Assembly (NCBI GenBank): GCA_965140445.1 | Contig: OZ223236.1 | Coordinates: 2,848,001 to 2,912,000, forward strand | Source of the DNA: Candidatus Ozemobacteraceae bacterium | GTDB lineage: Bacteria > Muiribacteriota > Ozemobacteria > Ozemobacterales > Ozemobacteraceae | Length of the DNA stretch: 64,000 nt | Reading direction: 5' to 3' | In this document: positions 1-9,391 of the stretch, in pieces | How positions within the stretch are numbered: position 1 is the stretch's first letter | Layout of the letters: each line of letters opens with the position of its first letter | Translations under genes and position numbers: made by a program | The notes under the pieces: model-generated | Seen by the model: only the letters and a program-made list of their open reading frames with translations | Databases searched by the model: none | What the model was told of the DNA's origin: nothing

Positions 1-157
1 CAATTTCGCTCAATTAATGGCAGTGCAGTTTTTATTTGCAGGAAACCTCTCTTTCTGGTTTCATATATCCATAATGATTTGGATTTCAATTCCATCTGGA
101 ATAATAGTCGCAAAAGTAACACAGGAACTTCTAAGGAGAACTGACAAAAATGTATAA
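1..157 (+). CDS. Partial (3' end) membrane protein, possibly Gx transporter family
   Basis: Frame 2 is open from the window edge: NFAQLMAVQFLFAGNLSFWFHISIMIWISIPSGIIVAKVTQELLRRTDKNV*. It is hydrophobic and its stop overlaps the maf start. N-x-x-Q-L resembles the Gx-transporter C-terminus, a family often found next to maf. Confidence 0.5.
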   Translation, partial: NFAQLMAVQFLFAGNLSFWFHISIMIWISIPSGIIVAKVTQELLRRTDKNV

Positions 158-767
158 GAATCTTCCAGAATTATATCTTGCTTCCAAGTCACCAAGACGA
201 AGAGAAATCCTTGGTAACTTAGGGGTCCCATTTAAACTTATCGATTCTCCTTATGAGGAAAAATTTGAAGATGTTCAGGAGCTAAATCCTGCTGAGATGG
301 CCAAGAAGCTCGCTAGCCTAAAAGCATTTCATGCAGCTTCCAGTTTGAGAAGTGGAATTGTAATCGGAGCAGATACCATTGTGGTTAAAGGGGATTCGGT
401 TCTTGGCAAACCTTCTGGAAAACAAGAAGCAACCGACATGCTTTCTTCGCTGTCAGGGGCTTCCCATAAAGTAATCACCGGAATTGCTGTTGTTGATGCA
501 GAAGGATTCAGGACTTTGAGTCATTCAGAAATTACCACGGTTCATTTCAGAGATTTAACCCAAAAGGACATTGATCAATACCTCGAAACTGGTGAACCCT
601 TTGATAAAGCTGGAGCATATGGAATTCAAGGATATGCAGCTTTATTTGTAGATCGACTTGAAGGCTGTTATTTTAATGTTGTTGGTTTTCCGGTTGTAGC
701 ATTTAGAAATCTACTTCTGGAACTTGGATACGATATTACAGAATACATAGAGGTTGAAAAAAAATGA
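150..767 (+). CDS. maf: Maf/YhdE nucleoside triphosphate pyrophosphatase
   Basis: LASKSPRRREIL, IGADTIV, LGKP, DKAGAYGIQG and NVVGFP motifs; AAGGAG RBS. Confidence 0.95.
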   Translation: MYKNLPELYLASKSPRRREILGNLGVPFKLIDSPYEEKFEDVQELNPAEMAKKLASLKAFHAASSLRSGIVIGADTIVVKGDSVLGKPSGKQEATDMLSSLSGASHKVITGIAVVDAEGFRTLSHSEITTVHFRDLTQKDIDQYLETGEPFDKAGAYGIQGYAALFVDRLEGCYFNVVGFPVVAFRNLLLELGYDITEYIEVEKK

Positions 768-1240
768 GAGTAGCGGTTTATCCTGGAAGTTTTGATCCTT
801 TTACAAACGGGCATCTAGATATTCTTGATCGAGCGTCAAGATTGTTTGATCATGTCATAATCGGGGTTCTTGTTCATCCTGAGAAAAAGTGTCTATTTAG
901 CCCTGAGGAACGGGTGAATATGATTACGGATATTGTTAGAGAATACGATAATGTTCGGGCAATACATTTTAATGGATTATTGGTAGATTTCTGTCGTAGC
1001 GCCGGGGCATGTGCTATAGTCAGGGGCCTTAGAGCTGTTTCTGATTATGAATATGAACTCCAGATGTATTCAGTTAACCGGCAGCTTAGTGAAGATCTGG
1101 AAACTGTATTTTTAATGTCTTCTCCTGAGTATTCTTTCTTAAGCTCAAGTATTGCTAAAGAAGTTGCGAGATATAATGGCTCTGTAAAAGATCTTGTTCC
1201 TGAAATAGTAAGAAAGAAGATGGAAGAAAGGTTCAAGTAA
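764..1240 (+). CDS. coaD: Pantetheine-phosphate adenylyltransferase
   Basis: YPGSFDPFTNGHLDI, RGLRAVSDYEYELQ and SSSIAKEVA motifs. Confidence 0.97.
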   Translation: MRVAVYPGSFDPFTNGHLDILDRASRLFDHVIIGVLVHPEKKCLFSPEERVNMITDIVREYDNVRAIHFNGLLVDFCRSAGACAIVRGLRAVSDYEYELQMYSVNRQLSEDLETVFLMSSPEYSFLSSSIAKEVARYNGSVKDLVPEIVRKKMEERFK

Positions 1241-1253
1241 AGATTTTATAGGT

Positions 1254-1288
1254 AAAAAAAAGGCCGTCTCCATTGAGACGGCCTTTTT
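1254..1288. terminator. Bidirectional intrinsic terminator
   Basis: A-tract, AGGCCGTCTC-catt-GAGACGGCCT, T-tract, between convergent coaD and nifS. Confidence 0.9.
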
Positions 1289-1297
1289 GCTTTATTA

Positions 1298-2476
1298 TTA
1301 TTTGTCTTTCTGGGCGTCGTAAAACGGCGACATATTCCTCAAGTTCTGAATAATAGGGGGAACTTTTTCTATAACATAGTCAATCTCTTCTTCTGTGGTG
1401 AATTTAGAGAGTGAAAACCTTACAGAACCATGCGCATAAGAAAAAGGAACTTCCATTGCCATTAAAACATGAGATGGTTCAAGGCTACCGCTAGTACAAG
1501 CTGAACCAGAACTGGCTGCAATTCCCGCCGCACTTAAGTGCAGAAGAATAGCTTCGCCTTCAATGAATTCAAAACCGATATTAGTAGTGTTAGGAAGTCG
1601 CCAGGTAGGATTGCCATTGATATAGGTATGAGAAATTTGCTCCATAAGAGCTTTTTCTAATTTATCCCGAAGCTTTCTTACCCGATTATTTTCTTCAAAA
1701 ATATCATTCATCGCCTCTTCGCAAGCTTGTCCCAGACCAACAATATAAGGAACATTTTCAGTTCCAGCTCTACGTCCATTTTCCTGGTGCCCGCCTATCA
1801 AGAAAGGAGAAACTCTAGTCCCTTTACGAATGTACAAAGCTCCTATTCCCTTAGGCGTATGGAGCTTATGCCCAGAGAGGGAAAGCAGGTCGGCCGGGAT
1901 TTTCTGCATATCCATTGGAATTTTTCCAACAGCCTGAACAGCATCGGTATGGAATACAACGCCCTTTTCCTTGGCTATTTTGCCAATTTCATCCAGAGGA
2001 AACATTGTTCCTGTTTCATTGTTTGCGGCCATTACGGATAAAATAGCTGTATCTGGAGTCAAAGCTGCTGCCAGTTGGGCAAGATCAAGATCACCTTTTT
2101 TGTTAACAGGCAATTCAGTAACTTTATAACCATTTTTGGCATAGTAACGTGCAACGTTCAAAACTGCCGGATGTTCTACTTTTGTGGTTACAATATGTTT
2201 CTTGTGTGGATTTGCTTCTAGCACTCCACTAATTGCATGATTATCAGATTCTGTTCCACATGAAGTAAAAACGATTTCTTCAGGGGAAACATTTAAAAGT
2301 GCAGCTACTTTAGCGCGGGCATCTGATACATGCTTAGCAACTTTACCGCCAAAGGAATGCATTGAACTTGGATTGCCATATAACTCGCCAAAGAATGGGA
2401 GCATTTTCTCTTTAACGCCCGGAGAAACCATGCACGTAGCATTGTTATCCAGATATACTTGTTTTACATCTTCCAT
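1298..2476 (-). CDS. nifS: Cysteine desulfurase NifS
   Basis: YLDNNAT, SGHKLH (PLP lysine) and SSGSACTSGSLEPSHVL motifs; directly downstream of nifU. Confidence 0.95.
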   Translation of the reverse strand: MEDVKQVYLDNNATCMVSPGVKEKMLPFFGELYGNPSSMHSFGGKVAKHVSDARAKVAALLNVSPEEIVFTSCGTESDNHAISGVLEANPHKKHIVTTKVEHPAVLNVARYYAKNGYKVTELPVNKKGDLDLAQLAAALTPDTAILSVMAANNETGTMFPLDEIGKIAKEKGVVFHTDAVQAVGKIPMDMQKIPADLLSLSGHKLHTPKGIGALYIRKGTRVSPFLIGGHQENGRRAGTENVPYIVGLGQACEEAMNDIFEENNRVRKLRDKLEKALMEQISHTYINGNPTWRLPNTTNIGFEFIEGEAILLHLSAAGIAASSGSACTSGSLEPSHVLMAMEVPFSYAHGSVRFSLSKFTTEEEIDYVIEKVPPIIQNLRNMSPFYDAQKDK

Positions 2477-2478
2477 TA

Positions 2479-3312
2479 TTAAGCCTCAATTATGTTTAAA
2501 TCATCAGATACTTTTGTTCTTAAGGTCTCCTGAACAAGATTCTGAAGAGTAGCTTTTGCTCCCGGACAACCAGCGCATGCTCCACGAAGCTTAACATAAA
2601 CATTTGGGCCTTCAATATCCACAAGCTCTATATCGCCGCCATCAGCTCTAAGCTGCGGTGCAACGTCGTTTTCAATTACTTTTGATATTAATTGAATTCT
2701 TTGAAGGTTAGTCATTTTCGGCTTTTCTTCTTCGGCAGGGCCAGAAGAAACTTTGTTTTCTTCTTCCAGGATTCTTTTAATATCTGGAATACAGCCACCG
2801 CAGCCTCCACCAGCTTTGGTGTAGTGAGTAACATCTTCAACAGAAGTAAGCTTATTTTCTCTAATTACTTCGCGAACTTTATCTTCTTCTACCCAGAAGC
2901 ATTTGCAGATTACTTTGGCGTCTTCATGTTCAACGAACTTTTCGCCTTTAAAATTTGCAACAGCAGCTTCAAGAGCTTCTTTCCCCATTACTGAGCAATG
3001 CATTTTCTGTTCTGGTAGACCGCCGAGAAATTTAGCTATATCAGCGTTAGTTAAGTTCAAAGCTTCGTCAACGCTTTTACCCTTAACCATCTCGGTTAGG
3101 GCTGAAGCACTTGCAATAGCACTTGCACAACCAAACGTCTGAAATTTGGCATCTTCGATTTTTCCGGTTTCAGGATTTATTTTAAGAAAGAGCTTTAAGG
3201 CATCGCCGCAAGCTAAAGAGCCTACTTCGCCAACGCCGTTAGCGTCTTCGAGTTTTCCAACATTTCTTGGGTTTTTAAAGTGGTCCATTACGGAATTTGT
3301 ATAATCCCACAT
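2479..3312 (-). CDS. nifU: Fe-S cluster assembly scaffold NifU (IscU + BFD-like [2Fe-2S] + NfuA domains)
   Basis: ACGD, FGCASA, KMHCS; CKC...GGGCGGC; DGGDIEL...GACAGC. Confidence 0.96.
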   Translation of the reverse strand: MWDYTNSVMDHFKNPRNVGKLEDANGVGEVGSLACGDALKLFLKINPETGKIEDAKFQTFGCASAIASASALTEMVKGKSVDEALNLTNADIAKFLGGLPEQKMHCSVMGKEALEAAVANFKGEKFVEHEDAKVICKCFWVEEDKVREVIRENKLTSVEDVTHYTKAGGGCGGCIPDIKRILEEENKVSSGPAEEEKPKMTNLQRIQLISKVIENDVAPQLRADGGDIELVDIEGPNVYVKLRGACAGCPGAKATLQNLVQETLRTKVSDDLNIIEA

Positions 3313-3542
3313 TTTTGTTCACCTGTTCTTTAAAATTTTTTGTATATTAACATGTTTAAACCGCTCAATCCACGTTTTTTAGTAAAACTTGGCTTGCCAT
3401 TAAGAACTTTAAGAAAAAAAGCACAAAGGTCAAGGATTATTGAGCCTTTTTTTTTGTTTGTACATTGTTTTGTGTGAAATTTTCACGGATATATTAGCTA
3501 AATTTTGGCAGAAATGGCGAAAACCCTTTTGGAATCATTACC

Positions 3543-3571
3543 TTGACAAAAATTAACAATTTGAGTATAAA
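3543..3571 (+). promoter_or_regulatory. Sigma70-type promoter of the M23 peptidase gene
   Basis: TTGACA-N17-TATAAA about 45 bp upstream of the ATG. Confidence 0.8.
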
Positions 3572-3615
3572 TGATGACTCGCAAATGAATCCAACCGAAA
3601 AAGATAGGAAAAGTT

Positions 3616-4362
3616 ATGCACGTTAAACCAAAGTTCAGTCTTAAAGGCCTGATTATCCTTACCGGATTAATGGTTTTTGCCTTATCGACTGATTGTTTCG
3701 CACTCCTTCCAGGTTCTGCGGAGAATGGATTTGATGTAGGAATCTATCAAAAAGGTTCTAATACAACTACATACAGCGTTGAAAATAATTCAATTACCAC
3801 TGCCAAATTCATTCAGCCGAAGAAAGAGATGAATCCGTTTTTTGGTGTAACTGAACCAGTTGTTTCAAAAGCAGGGGCGGTTAAAACATATTCTTTGAAG
3901 GTCGCAACGAAACTAAAATCCTCCGATTGGGGAATGGTTCGTCAGGTAAATATTGCTAGCCTCCAAAAGAATAGTAAATGTATTATTCGTCCAGTAATGG
4001 GAAGAATTTCATCGGGCTTCGGTCGAAGAATCCATCCAAGAACCAAGCTTCGTCATTTTCACACTGGCATTGATATTGTTGCAAAACGTGGAACTCCTAT
4101 TTTATCAGCTCTCGCTGGAAAAGTTGTTTTTGCAGGCTGGAAAACCGGTTATGGGCTTGTAGCAATTATTGACCATGGTAATGGTATGGAAACAGTGTAT
4201 GGACATTGCTCCAAATTGCTTGTTAGAAAAGATCAGATGGTAAATACCGGACAAAAAATTGGCCGCGTGGGTAGCACAGGTGTTGCCACTGGTTCACATT
4301 TGCATTTTGAAGTCAGAAGAGGCGGAAACGTTAGAAACCCTTTCAGATACTTCCGAAAATAA
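3616..4362 (+). CDS. M23 family metallopeptidase (secreted)
   Basis: Signal peptide; HTGIDI, HCS and STGVATGSHLHFEVR motifs. Confidence 0.92.
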   Translation: MHVKPKFSLKGLIILTGLMVFALSTDCFALLPGSAENGFDVGIYQKGSNTTTYSVENNSITTAKFIQPKKEMNPFFGVTEPVVSKAGAVKTYSLKVATKLKSSDWGMVRQVNIASLQKNSKCIIRPVMGRISSGFGRRIHPRTKLRHFHTGIDIVAKRGTPILSALAGKVVFAGWKTGYGLVAIIDHGNGMETVYGHCSKLLVRKDQMVNTGQKIGRVGSTGVATGSHLHFEVRRGGNVRNPFRYFRK

Positions 4363-4379
4363 TTTAAAATCGTTAAAAG

Positions 4380-4418
4380 AAAATAGTCTCCAACATAATG
4401 TTAGAGACTATTTTTTTG
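4380..4418. terminator. Intrinsic terminator
   Basis: AAAATAGTCTC...GAGACTATTTT stem followed by a T-tract. Confidence 0.75.
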
Positions 4419-4475
4419 TTTTGGCTTCAGGTGATTTAATCTGTCGCTATAAATAAAAAAAGTTTGGCTGGTGCT

Positions 4476-4580
4476 TTATTTTCCAACAGGGGGAAGTTTA
4501 ACCCACACCTGTAGTTTGGATTTTTCATCAATTCTAACTAAAACGTAATCTTTGTATGTTGCGAGTATATTTTCCTGCAT
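4476..4580 (-). CDS. Unannotated small ORF, 34 aa (MQENILATYKDYVLVRIDEKSKLQVWVKLPPVGK)
   Basis: ATG at 4580 with an AGGTGGTGAG RBS; sigma54-like and sigma28-like promoters upstream; terminator downstream. Confidence 0.6.
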   Translation of the reverse strand: MQENILATYKDYVLVRIDEKSKLQVWVKLPPVGK

Positions 4581-4626
4581 AAAAACTCACCACCTGATTT
4601 AAAGATACCAGAACAACTTATTAACA

Positions 4627-4642
4627 TGCAAAAAGCATACCA
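4627..4642 (-). promoter_or_regulatory. Sigma54 (-24/-12) promoter
   Basis: Minus strand TGGTATGCTTTTTGCA (GG-N10-GC). Confidence 0.65.
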
Positions 4643-4657
4643 TGCTGGCTAATTTAT

Positions 4658-4685
4658 CTATCGGCAAAATTGATCAGGTTTCTTA
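4658..4685 (-). promoter_or_regulatory. Sigma28 (FliA/WhiG)-like promoter
   Basis: Minus strand TAAG-N16-GCCGATAG. Confidence 0.5.
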
Positions 4686-4867
4686 AGCCTTTGTTTAAGC
4701 AGGGGTAGGTTGGTAAATTTATGTAAAATGAGTTTGAAATGGCTTTGAGGATTACTGTGCAAAAAATGCTCTACACAACTTAAAACATCAAAATTAAACA
4801 CAAATTGTTCAATAATTAAACAAATGTTAAAGGTGTGGTTGAAAAAAGGCACACCTGAAATTGCAGC

Positions 4868-5362
4868 TTAAAGTTCTGGCAATTCTATTTCTTCTGTTTC
4901 AGGAGAATTGGGAAGAGGAACTAATGTTTGCTTATACATGAAAAGAGAACCCAAAATTCCGAAAATGCCAAGAATCAGCCAATTAAGTCCTAGATCAATA
5001 AACTTTTCTGTTCCCACTCTTATAAATGGTGAAAAACGCTCTTTTGAAACATTTTCCATTAATGAAGCCTGTTCATGAACCATTTCGGAAACACCAATAA
5101 GGTGCCCCTGGAGTTTTCCTTGAATGGCCAAAGCTATTCTGTCACCAGGTGAAAGGGACTCTAGCTCTGACATTGGTGAAAGGCTCAACCAATAGCGATC
5201 GGAGGTTATACCAGCGGCAGTGCTTTTATTTACTACAATTCCAGAGAAACTCCGGGACATTGATTTATATGCAGAGATGCACATGGAAGTGCTCAGCACA
5301 AGTAGCATCAGGGCAAAAACTCTGATTTTAATTTTTCCGCTTCTATTGTTGATTATTTGCAT
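4868..5362 (-). CDS. Hypothetical membrane protein
   Basis: N-terminal and C-terminal hydrophobic helices; AGAGGA RBS. Confidence 0.75.
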   Translation of the reverse strand: MQIINNRSGKIKIRVFALMLLVLSTSMCISAYKSMSRSFSGIVVNKSTAAGITSDRYWLSLSPMSELESLSPGDRIALAIQGKLQGHLIGVSEMVHEQASLMENVSKERFSPFIRVGTEKFIDLGLNWLILGIFGILGSLFMYKQTLVPLPNSPETEEIELPEL

Positions 5363-5504
5363 AAATCCTCTATATTAATAAAATACTAAAAGTTACTGGA
5401 AAAAAGAAGAAAAATAATAAAAAAATGTTGTCGGTACCCTTACGGGTTTTAAATCTATATGTTATATTTTAAAGGAATTAGTTTAGTAGCGGAGGAATTG
5501 AGTA

Positions 5505-6089
5505 ATGAAAAAAGTTATTGTCGCTTTAATGGCCTTGATTATGTGTGCATCTTTGCCAGTAATGGCTCAAAATATAAGTGCAATGAAGGTTGATCCTAAT
5601 GATCAGGCTGTAGTTGCAATGCTTTGGATGGTTTATTCTGATTTGCAGATGTGTAATTCATCTTTGAACCAGTCTGTAATGGATAATGTTTCAGCAATTG
5701 GTCATCTTAATAATGCTCAATCAGCTCTCAAAAAAGCTAATCTTGATCAGGCATATGACACTCTTGTTCAAGAAATCAGCAAAAGAATCAGCAAAATTAA
5801 ATTTTATCTTGTTATGAATGAAAGAAGATCTGTTGTAGAAAGACTTCAGCAGCTTATGGTTATTATCCGAAATGTTCTTGGCGCAAGCACAGGAAGCCTT
5901 CCAAACTATGGCAACATGGGTAACGTAGGAAATGGTAATAACGGAAATTATGGTTTCAATAACAATGGTGGTCCAAACGGTTCTGGATTTGTTCCAAGAC
6001 CAGAAGTTCCAGTGCAGGGAGCTCAGTTTGGTGGAAGTTCAAATCCTTCTATGCCAACACTTCCTTCTGGTGTAGTGCCAGTTAACTAA
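5505..6089 (+). CDS. Hypothetical exported protein with a Gly/Asn/Pro-rich tail
   Basis: GGAGG RBS, signal peptide, helical core, low-complexity C-terminus. Confidence 0.8.
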   Translation: MKKVIVALMALIMCASLPVMAQNISAMKVDPNDQAVVAMLWMVYSDLQMCNSSLNQSVMDNVSAIGHLNNAQSALKKANLDQAYDTLVQEISKRISKIKFYLVMNERRSVVERLQQLMVIIRNVLGASTGSLPNYGNMGNVGNGNNGNYGFNNNGGPNGSGFVPRPEVPVQGAQFGGSSNPSMPTLPSGVVPVN

Positions 6090-6098
6090 GTATTAAAT

Positions 6099-6132
6099 AA
6101 AAAGGCGCTGTTAGAAATAGCAGCGCCTTTTT
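6099..6132 (+). terminator. Intrinsic terminator
   Basis: AAAAAGGCGCTGTTA-gaaa-TAGCAGCGCCTTTTT. Confidence 0.85.
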
Positions 6133-6141
6133 CTATTTAGA

Positions 6142-6663
6142 ATGAAAAGAAATATTGCAATAATAGGATTTATGGCAGCCGGTAAGACATATCTTGGCCG
6201 GAGAATAGCCAAGGCTCTTGAGTTAAAGACAATTGATCTTGATGCCGTAATTGAAGATAAAGCAGGGCAGTGTATTAAAGATCTTTTTGCTAATAAGGGT
6301 GAGAACTATTTTCGAAACCTTGAGTCTGAGTGTTTAAATGAGACAATCAAGAGTGAAACAGCTCCATTTTTGCTGGCATCTGGTGGGGGACTTGTTTTAA
6401 GGCCGGAAAACCAGAAATTATTAAGGGAAAACTTTCTGGTCGTATTTTTAAATCCCGAATTTGAAAAAATATTTGGCCGATTAACTAAATCTAATTGCAG
6501 ACCAATCGTAAAAGAAATGGAGAAAGAGGATATTTACCTGCTTTGGGAAAAAAGGTTGCCAATTTATAAAGAGTTGGCCAATATTGAAGTCGATTGCGTA
6601 TCAAACGAAGATTTATTAGTTGCAGAAATCGTAGAAAAAATAAATAATTATGATCCGGAATAA
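6142..6663 (+). CDS. aroK: Shikimate kinase
   Basis: GFMAAGKT P-loop, GENYFRNLE, SGGG and RP motifs. Confidence 0.92.
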   Translation: MKRNIAIIGFMAAGKTYLGRRIAKALELKTIDLDAVIEDKAGQCIKDLFANKGENYFRNLESECLNETIKSETAPFLLASGGGLVLRPENQKLLRENFLVVFLNPEFEKIFGRLTKSNCRPIVKEMEKEDIYLLWEKRLPIYKELANIEVDCVSNEDLLVAEIVEKINNYDPE

Positions 6664-6688
6664 TTAAAACAAACATCGAAGGAACAGC

Positions 6689-7486
6689 ATGAATAAAGAA
6701 CAAAGAGATCAAATTTCCACTCAATTTTTACGACTGGTAGATGTTATGCGAAGATTAAGAGCACCAGATGGATGCTCATGGGATCGTAAGCAAGACCATC
6801 AATCTCTCAAGAAATATATACTTGAAGAAGCCCAGGAAGTAGCTGATGCTGTTGATAGTGGCGATTTGTTGAATCTTCGTGAAGAACTTGGTGATTTAAT
6901 GATGAATATAGTTTTTCACGCTCAGGTAGCCCAGGAAAATGGCTCTTTTACCATTGCTGAGGTCTGCCAGGAGATTAGCGATAAATTAATAAGCCGTCAT
7001 CCTCATGTGTTTCAAGGTGAAAATGACCAGATTAGCCCAGAACAGGTTGTAGAGCTTTGGGGTGAACTTAAAAAAGAAGAAAAAGTTGAAAAGAGCCGAG
7101 TTTCATCCAGAATGAAAAGAACGCTTAATTCACCTTCAATTCTTTTTGCTACAAATGCGATTCAAAGTGAAGCAGCAGTTGTCGGATTTGATTTTCCAAA
7201 TTCCGAAGAAGCTTTAAAAAAGGTTTATGAAGAGGCTGATGAGGTTAAAGAGCATATCGGCTCAGAACAAAAGGATCTACTTGAAGAGGAAATTGGCGAT
7301 CTAATGTTTTCCATAATAAACGTGGCCAGATTATCAGGTGTGAATCCAGAAACTGCATTAAAGAAAGCTACAGAAAAGTTCCTGAATCGATTTGAAAGCG
7401 TAGAAAAAGAAGCTGAAAAAGATGGTGGATTTGAAGGTAAGTCTCTTGAAGAGCTAGATGTATATTGGGAAAAAACAAAAAACTAG
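6689..7486 (+). CDS. mazG: Nucleoside triphosphate pyrophosphohydrolase MazG
   Basis: LRAPDGCSWDRKQ, EELGDL, RHPHVF and EEIGDL (two MazG domains). Confidence 0.95.
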   Translation: MNKEQRDQISTQFLRLVDVMRRLRAPDGCSWDRKQDHQSLKKYILEEAQEVADAVDSGDLLNLREELGDLMMNIVFHAQVAQENGSFTIAEVCQEISDKLISRHPHVFQGENDQISPEQVVELWGELKKEEKVEKSRVSSRMKRTLNSPSILFATNAIQSEAAVVGFDFPNSEEALKKVYEEADEVKEHIGSEQKDLLEEEIGDLMFSIINVARLSGVNPETALKKATEKFLNRFESVEKEAEKDGGFEGKSLEELDVYWEKTKN

Positions 7487-9282
7487 TTTCGGATACTGTC
7501 TTTTAGACTTAAAAGTTGTTGTCTTCTGCCTGCATCTCTCTCAATTTCGAGTCCAAAATTTATCTGTTGAATAGCATTTCTAAAATCGTGGTTTCTTACA
7601 AAAACCTCTGCAAGAATCAAGCGGGCTTCACCATTGTTCGGATTCGCTCTAAGAGCACTATTGGCATCGCTTTCAGCACGAAGAAAATCATTGTTCTTTA
7701 GATAAACTCCTGCAGAAAGGGATAATGCCTGGCTGCTATTTGGATTAATTCTTAAGGCTTGGTCCAGATATCTTCTTGATTCAGAAAAGTTTTCTTCAAA
7801 GAGGAAAATCTTTGCCAGAGAAAAATTAACTTCCATTATGTTCGGGTTAAGTCTAAGAGCATTTTTAAGGAAGGATTTGGCATCTTCAATTTGCCCTTCT
7901 TTTGCTAGCTCAAGTCCAGCCTGATACTGAAGCTTCAGATCATTTGGATTCATTAGAGCCCTCTTTTTAAGCTTCTCAGCCGCAGTCAGGTTCTTTAATG
8001 ATTTTGGATCTGGTTCTTTTCTAGTGGCAGCTATTTTAGCCTGGCGGTCTCGTTCACGATCCATGGCCAGCATTGACATGTATTCGCTATAAGCCTGATC
8101 CATGTTTTCAAGAAGTCTACATTCTCTAATTATTCTTTTGCCATCGGTTTCAAGGTGGCTGCCTTTAAGCTTTGGAAGCATTTGTTCTACTTGTTCCCTG
8201 GCAAGCTTATACTCTCCATTAACATAGCTAATAAAAGAATTAAAAAATGCGCGTTCCAATTTATCTGGGTTTTGCGCCATCTCTTTCTCTATTTGCCTTA
8301 AGGTTCCTTTATCATCTCGTCCCAGGAGGGTTCGGTCCATGGTTAGTGCAGAACGGATAAATTTATAGGCCAGATCCAGTTTCCCGTCTTCTTTGGCATC
8401 AATGGCAGCTTCAAAAAAGATATGTGGAAGAAGTGGATTCAGCTTATGGTATTTTTCTAATTCAGCAAGAGCCATTTCCATATTTTTCATGCGCTTAAGT
8501 ATCTTGTAAGTGTAGAAATATGGGGTGGAGTTCTCTGGCATGATCTGTATACATTTTCTGAACCTTTTTAAAGATTCTTTAAAATCACCGGTTTCAAATA
8601 ATAAAACCCCAAGCCAGAAATTATATTGGTAGTTTCCGGAATGAAATTTATCTGCCACGTCTGTAAGCTTATCTAAGCCTTTGGTTTTGCCTGTATCTTT
8701 TAGAATTTTAACCAGGGAAATGAATCCTTCCGGGGATTCTGGATACAATCTGGCAAGTTCTTTGGCATATTTAAAGGCTGTTTTTGTATCATTTTCAAAA
8801 CCAGAAGTTCGTGCCAATCCCTCATAGACCGATCTTTTCATTTTTGGAGGAAGGTCGGCTTTTAAGACGTCTTCGTACAATTGACGAGCAACTTTAATTC
8901 TGCCTGTTGTTTCATAAATGTAGGCTAGAGAATAACCAATTTCCGGGACTTTTCTGATGCTAAGACAATTTTCAAAAGCAATAATGGCTTTATCAAATTC
9001 CTTGATTGCTGAATATGAATATCCAAGTAGCTTTTGTTGCTCATAGTTATTTTTGTCACTGTCTGACTCAAGAAGATCGATCACTTTTGAATAGTTCTTC
9101 TTTTCGAATTCAGCAGAGGCGTCTTTTAAATCAGTTTTTTGATTTTGTGAATTCTCTTTTGTCTGGTGGGTCTTGATTTTTGCAGGGTTATGGCCCTTTT
9201 TGTTTGCAAAAGGGTTAAACAAAAAGATCCCGAGTGCTAATACGATTACTAGTAATATTACAGGTAGCTTAAGTCCATCCAT
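7483..9282 (-). CDS. Membrane-anchored tetratricopeptide repeat protein
   Basis: N-terminal TM/signal; many TPR units (ALRLNP, ALRINP, ALRANP). Confidence 0.85.
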   Translation of the reverse strand: MDGLKLPVILLVIVLALGIFLFNPFANKKGHNPAKIKTHQTKENSQNQKTDLKDASAEFEKKNYSKVIDLLESDSDKNNYEQQKLLGYSYSAIKEFDKAIIAFENCLSIRKVPEIGYSLAYIYETTGRIKVARQLYEDVLKADLPPKMKRSVYEGLARTSGFENDTKTAFKYAKELARLYPESPEGFISLVKILKDTGKTKGLDKLTDVADKFHSGNYQYNFWLGVLLFETGDFKESLKRFRKCIQIMPENSTPYFYTYKILKRMKNMEMALAELEKYHKLNPLLPHIFFEAAIDAKEDGKLDLAYKFIRSALTMDRTLLGRDDKGTLRQIEKEMAQNPDKLERAFFNSFISYVNGEYKLAREQVEQMLPKLKGSHLETDGKRIIRECRLLENMDQAYSEYMSMLAMDRERDRQAKIAATRKEPDPKSLKNLTAAEKLKKRALMNPNDLKLQYQAGLELAKEGQIEDAKSFLKNALRLNPNIMEVNFSLAKIFLFEENFSESRRYLDQALRINPNSSQALSLSAGVYLKNNDFLRAESDANSALRANPNNGEARLILAEVFVRNHDFRNAIQQINFGLEIERDAGRRQQLLSLKDSIRN

Positions 9283-9335
9283 AAATAAAATATACCACAG
9301 GCCTTAAAATTTTCAAAATAGGTTAGAAAGACCGT

Positions 9336-9362
9336 TAAGAATGATTAAATCTTCGCCGATAA
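9336..9362 (+). promoter_or_regulatory. Sigma28-like promoter
   Basis: TAAG-N15-GCCGATAA upstream of the AGGAG RBS and ATG at 9392. Confidence 0.7.
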
Positions 9363-9391
9363 TTTAGCAAATGGAAATTTCAGGAGTCAAA

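Noticed and set aside
1298..3312. nifU-nifS as evidence of nitrogen fixation
   Set aside because: No nitrogenase genes are in the window, and NIF-type Fe-S assembly is a known housekeeping system in non-diazotrophic anaerobes.
3474..3486. GTGAA-ATT-TTCAC palindrome as a Rex operator
   Set aside because: The spacer is 3 nt, not the 4 nt of TTGTGAA-N4-TTCACAA, and the flanks do not match.
4658..4852. 64-aa ORF from the track
   Set aside because: GTG start without an RBS, non-coding-like composition, and it overlaps the predicted promoter region.
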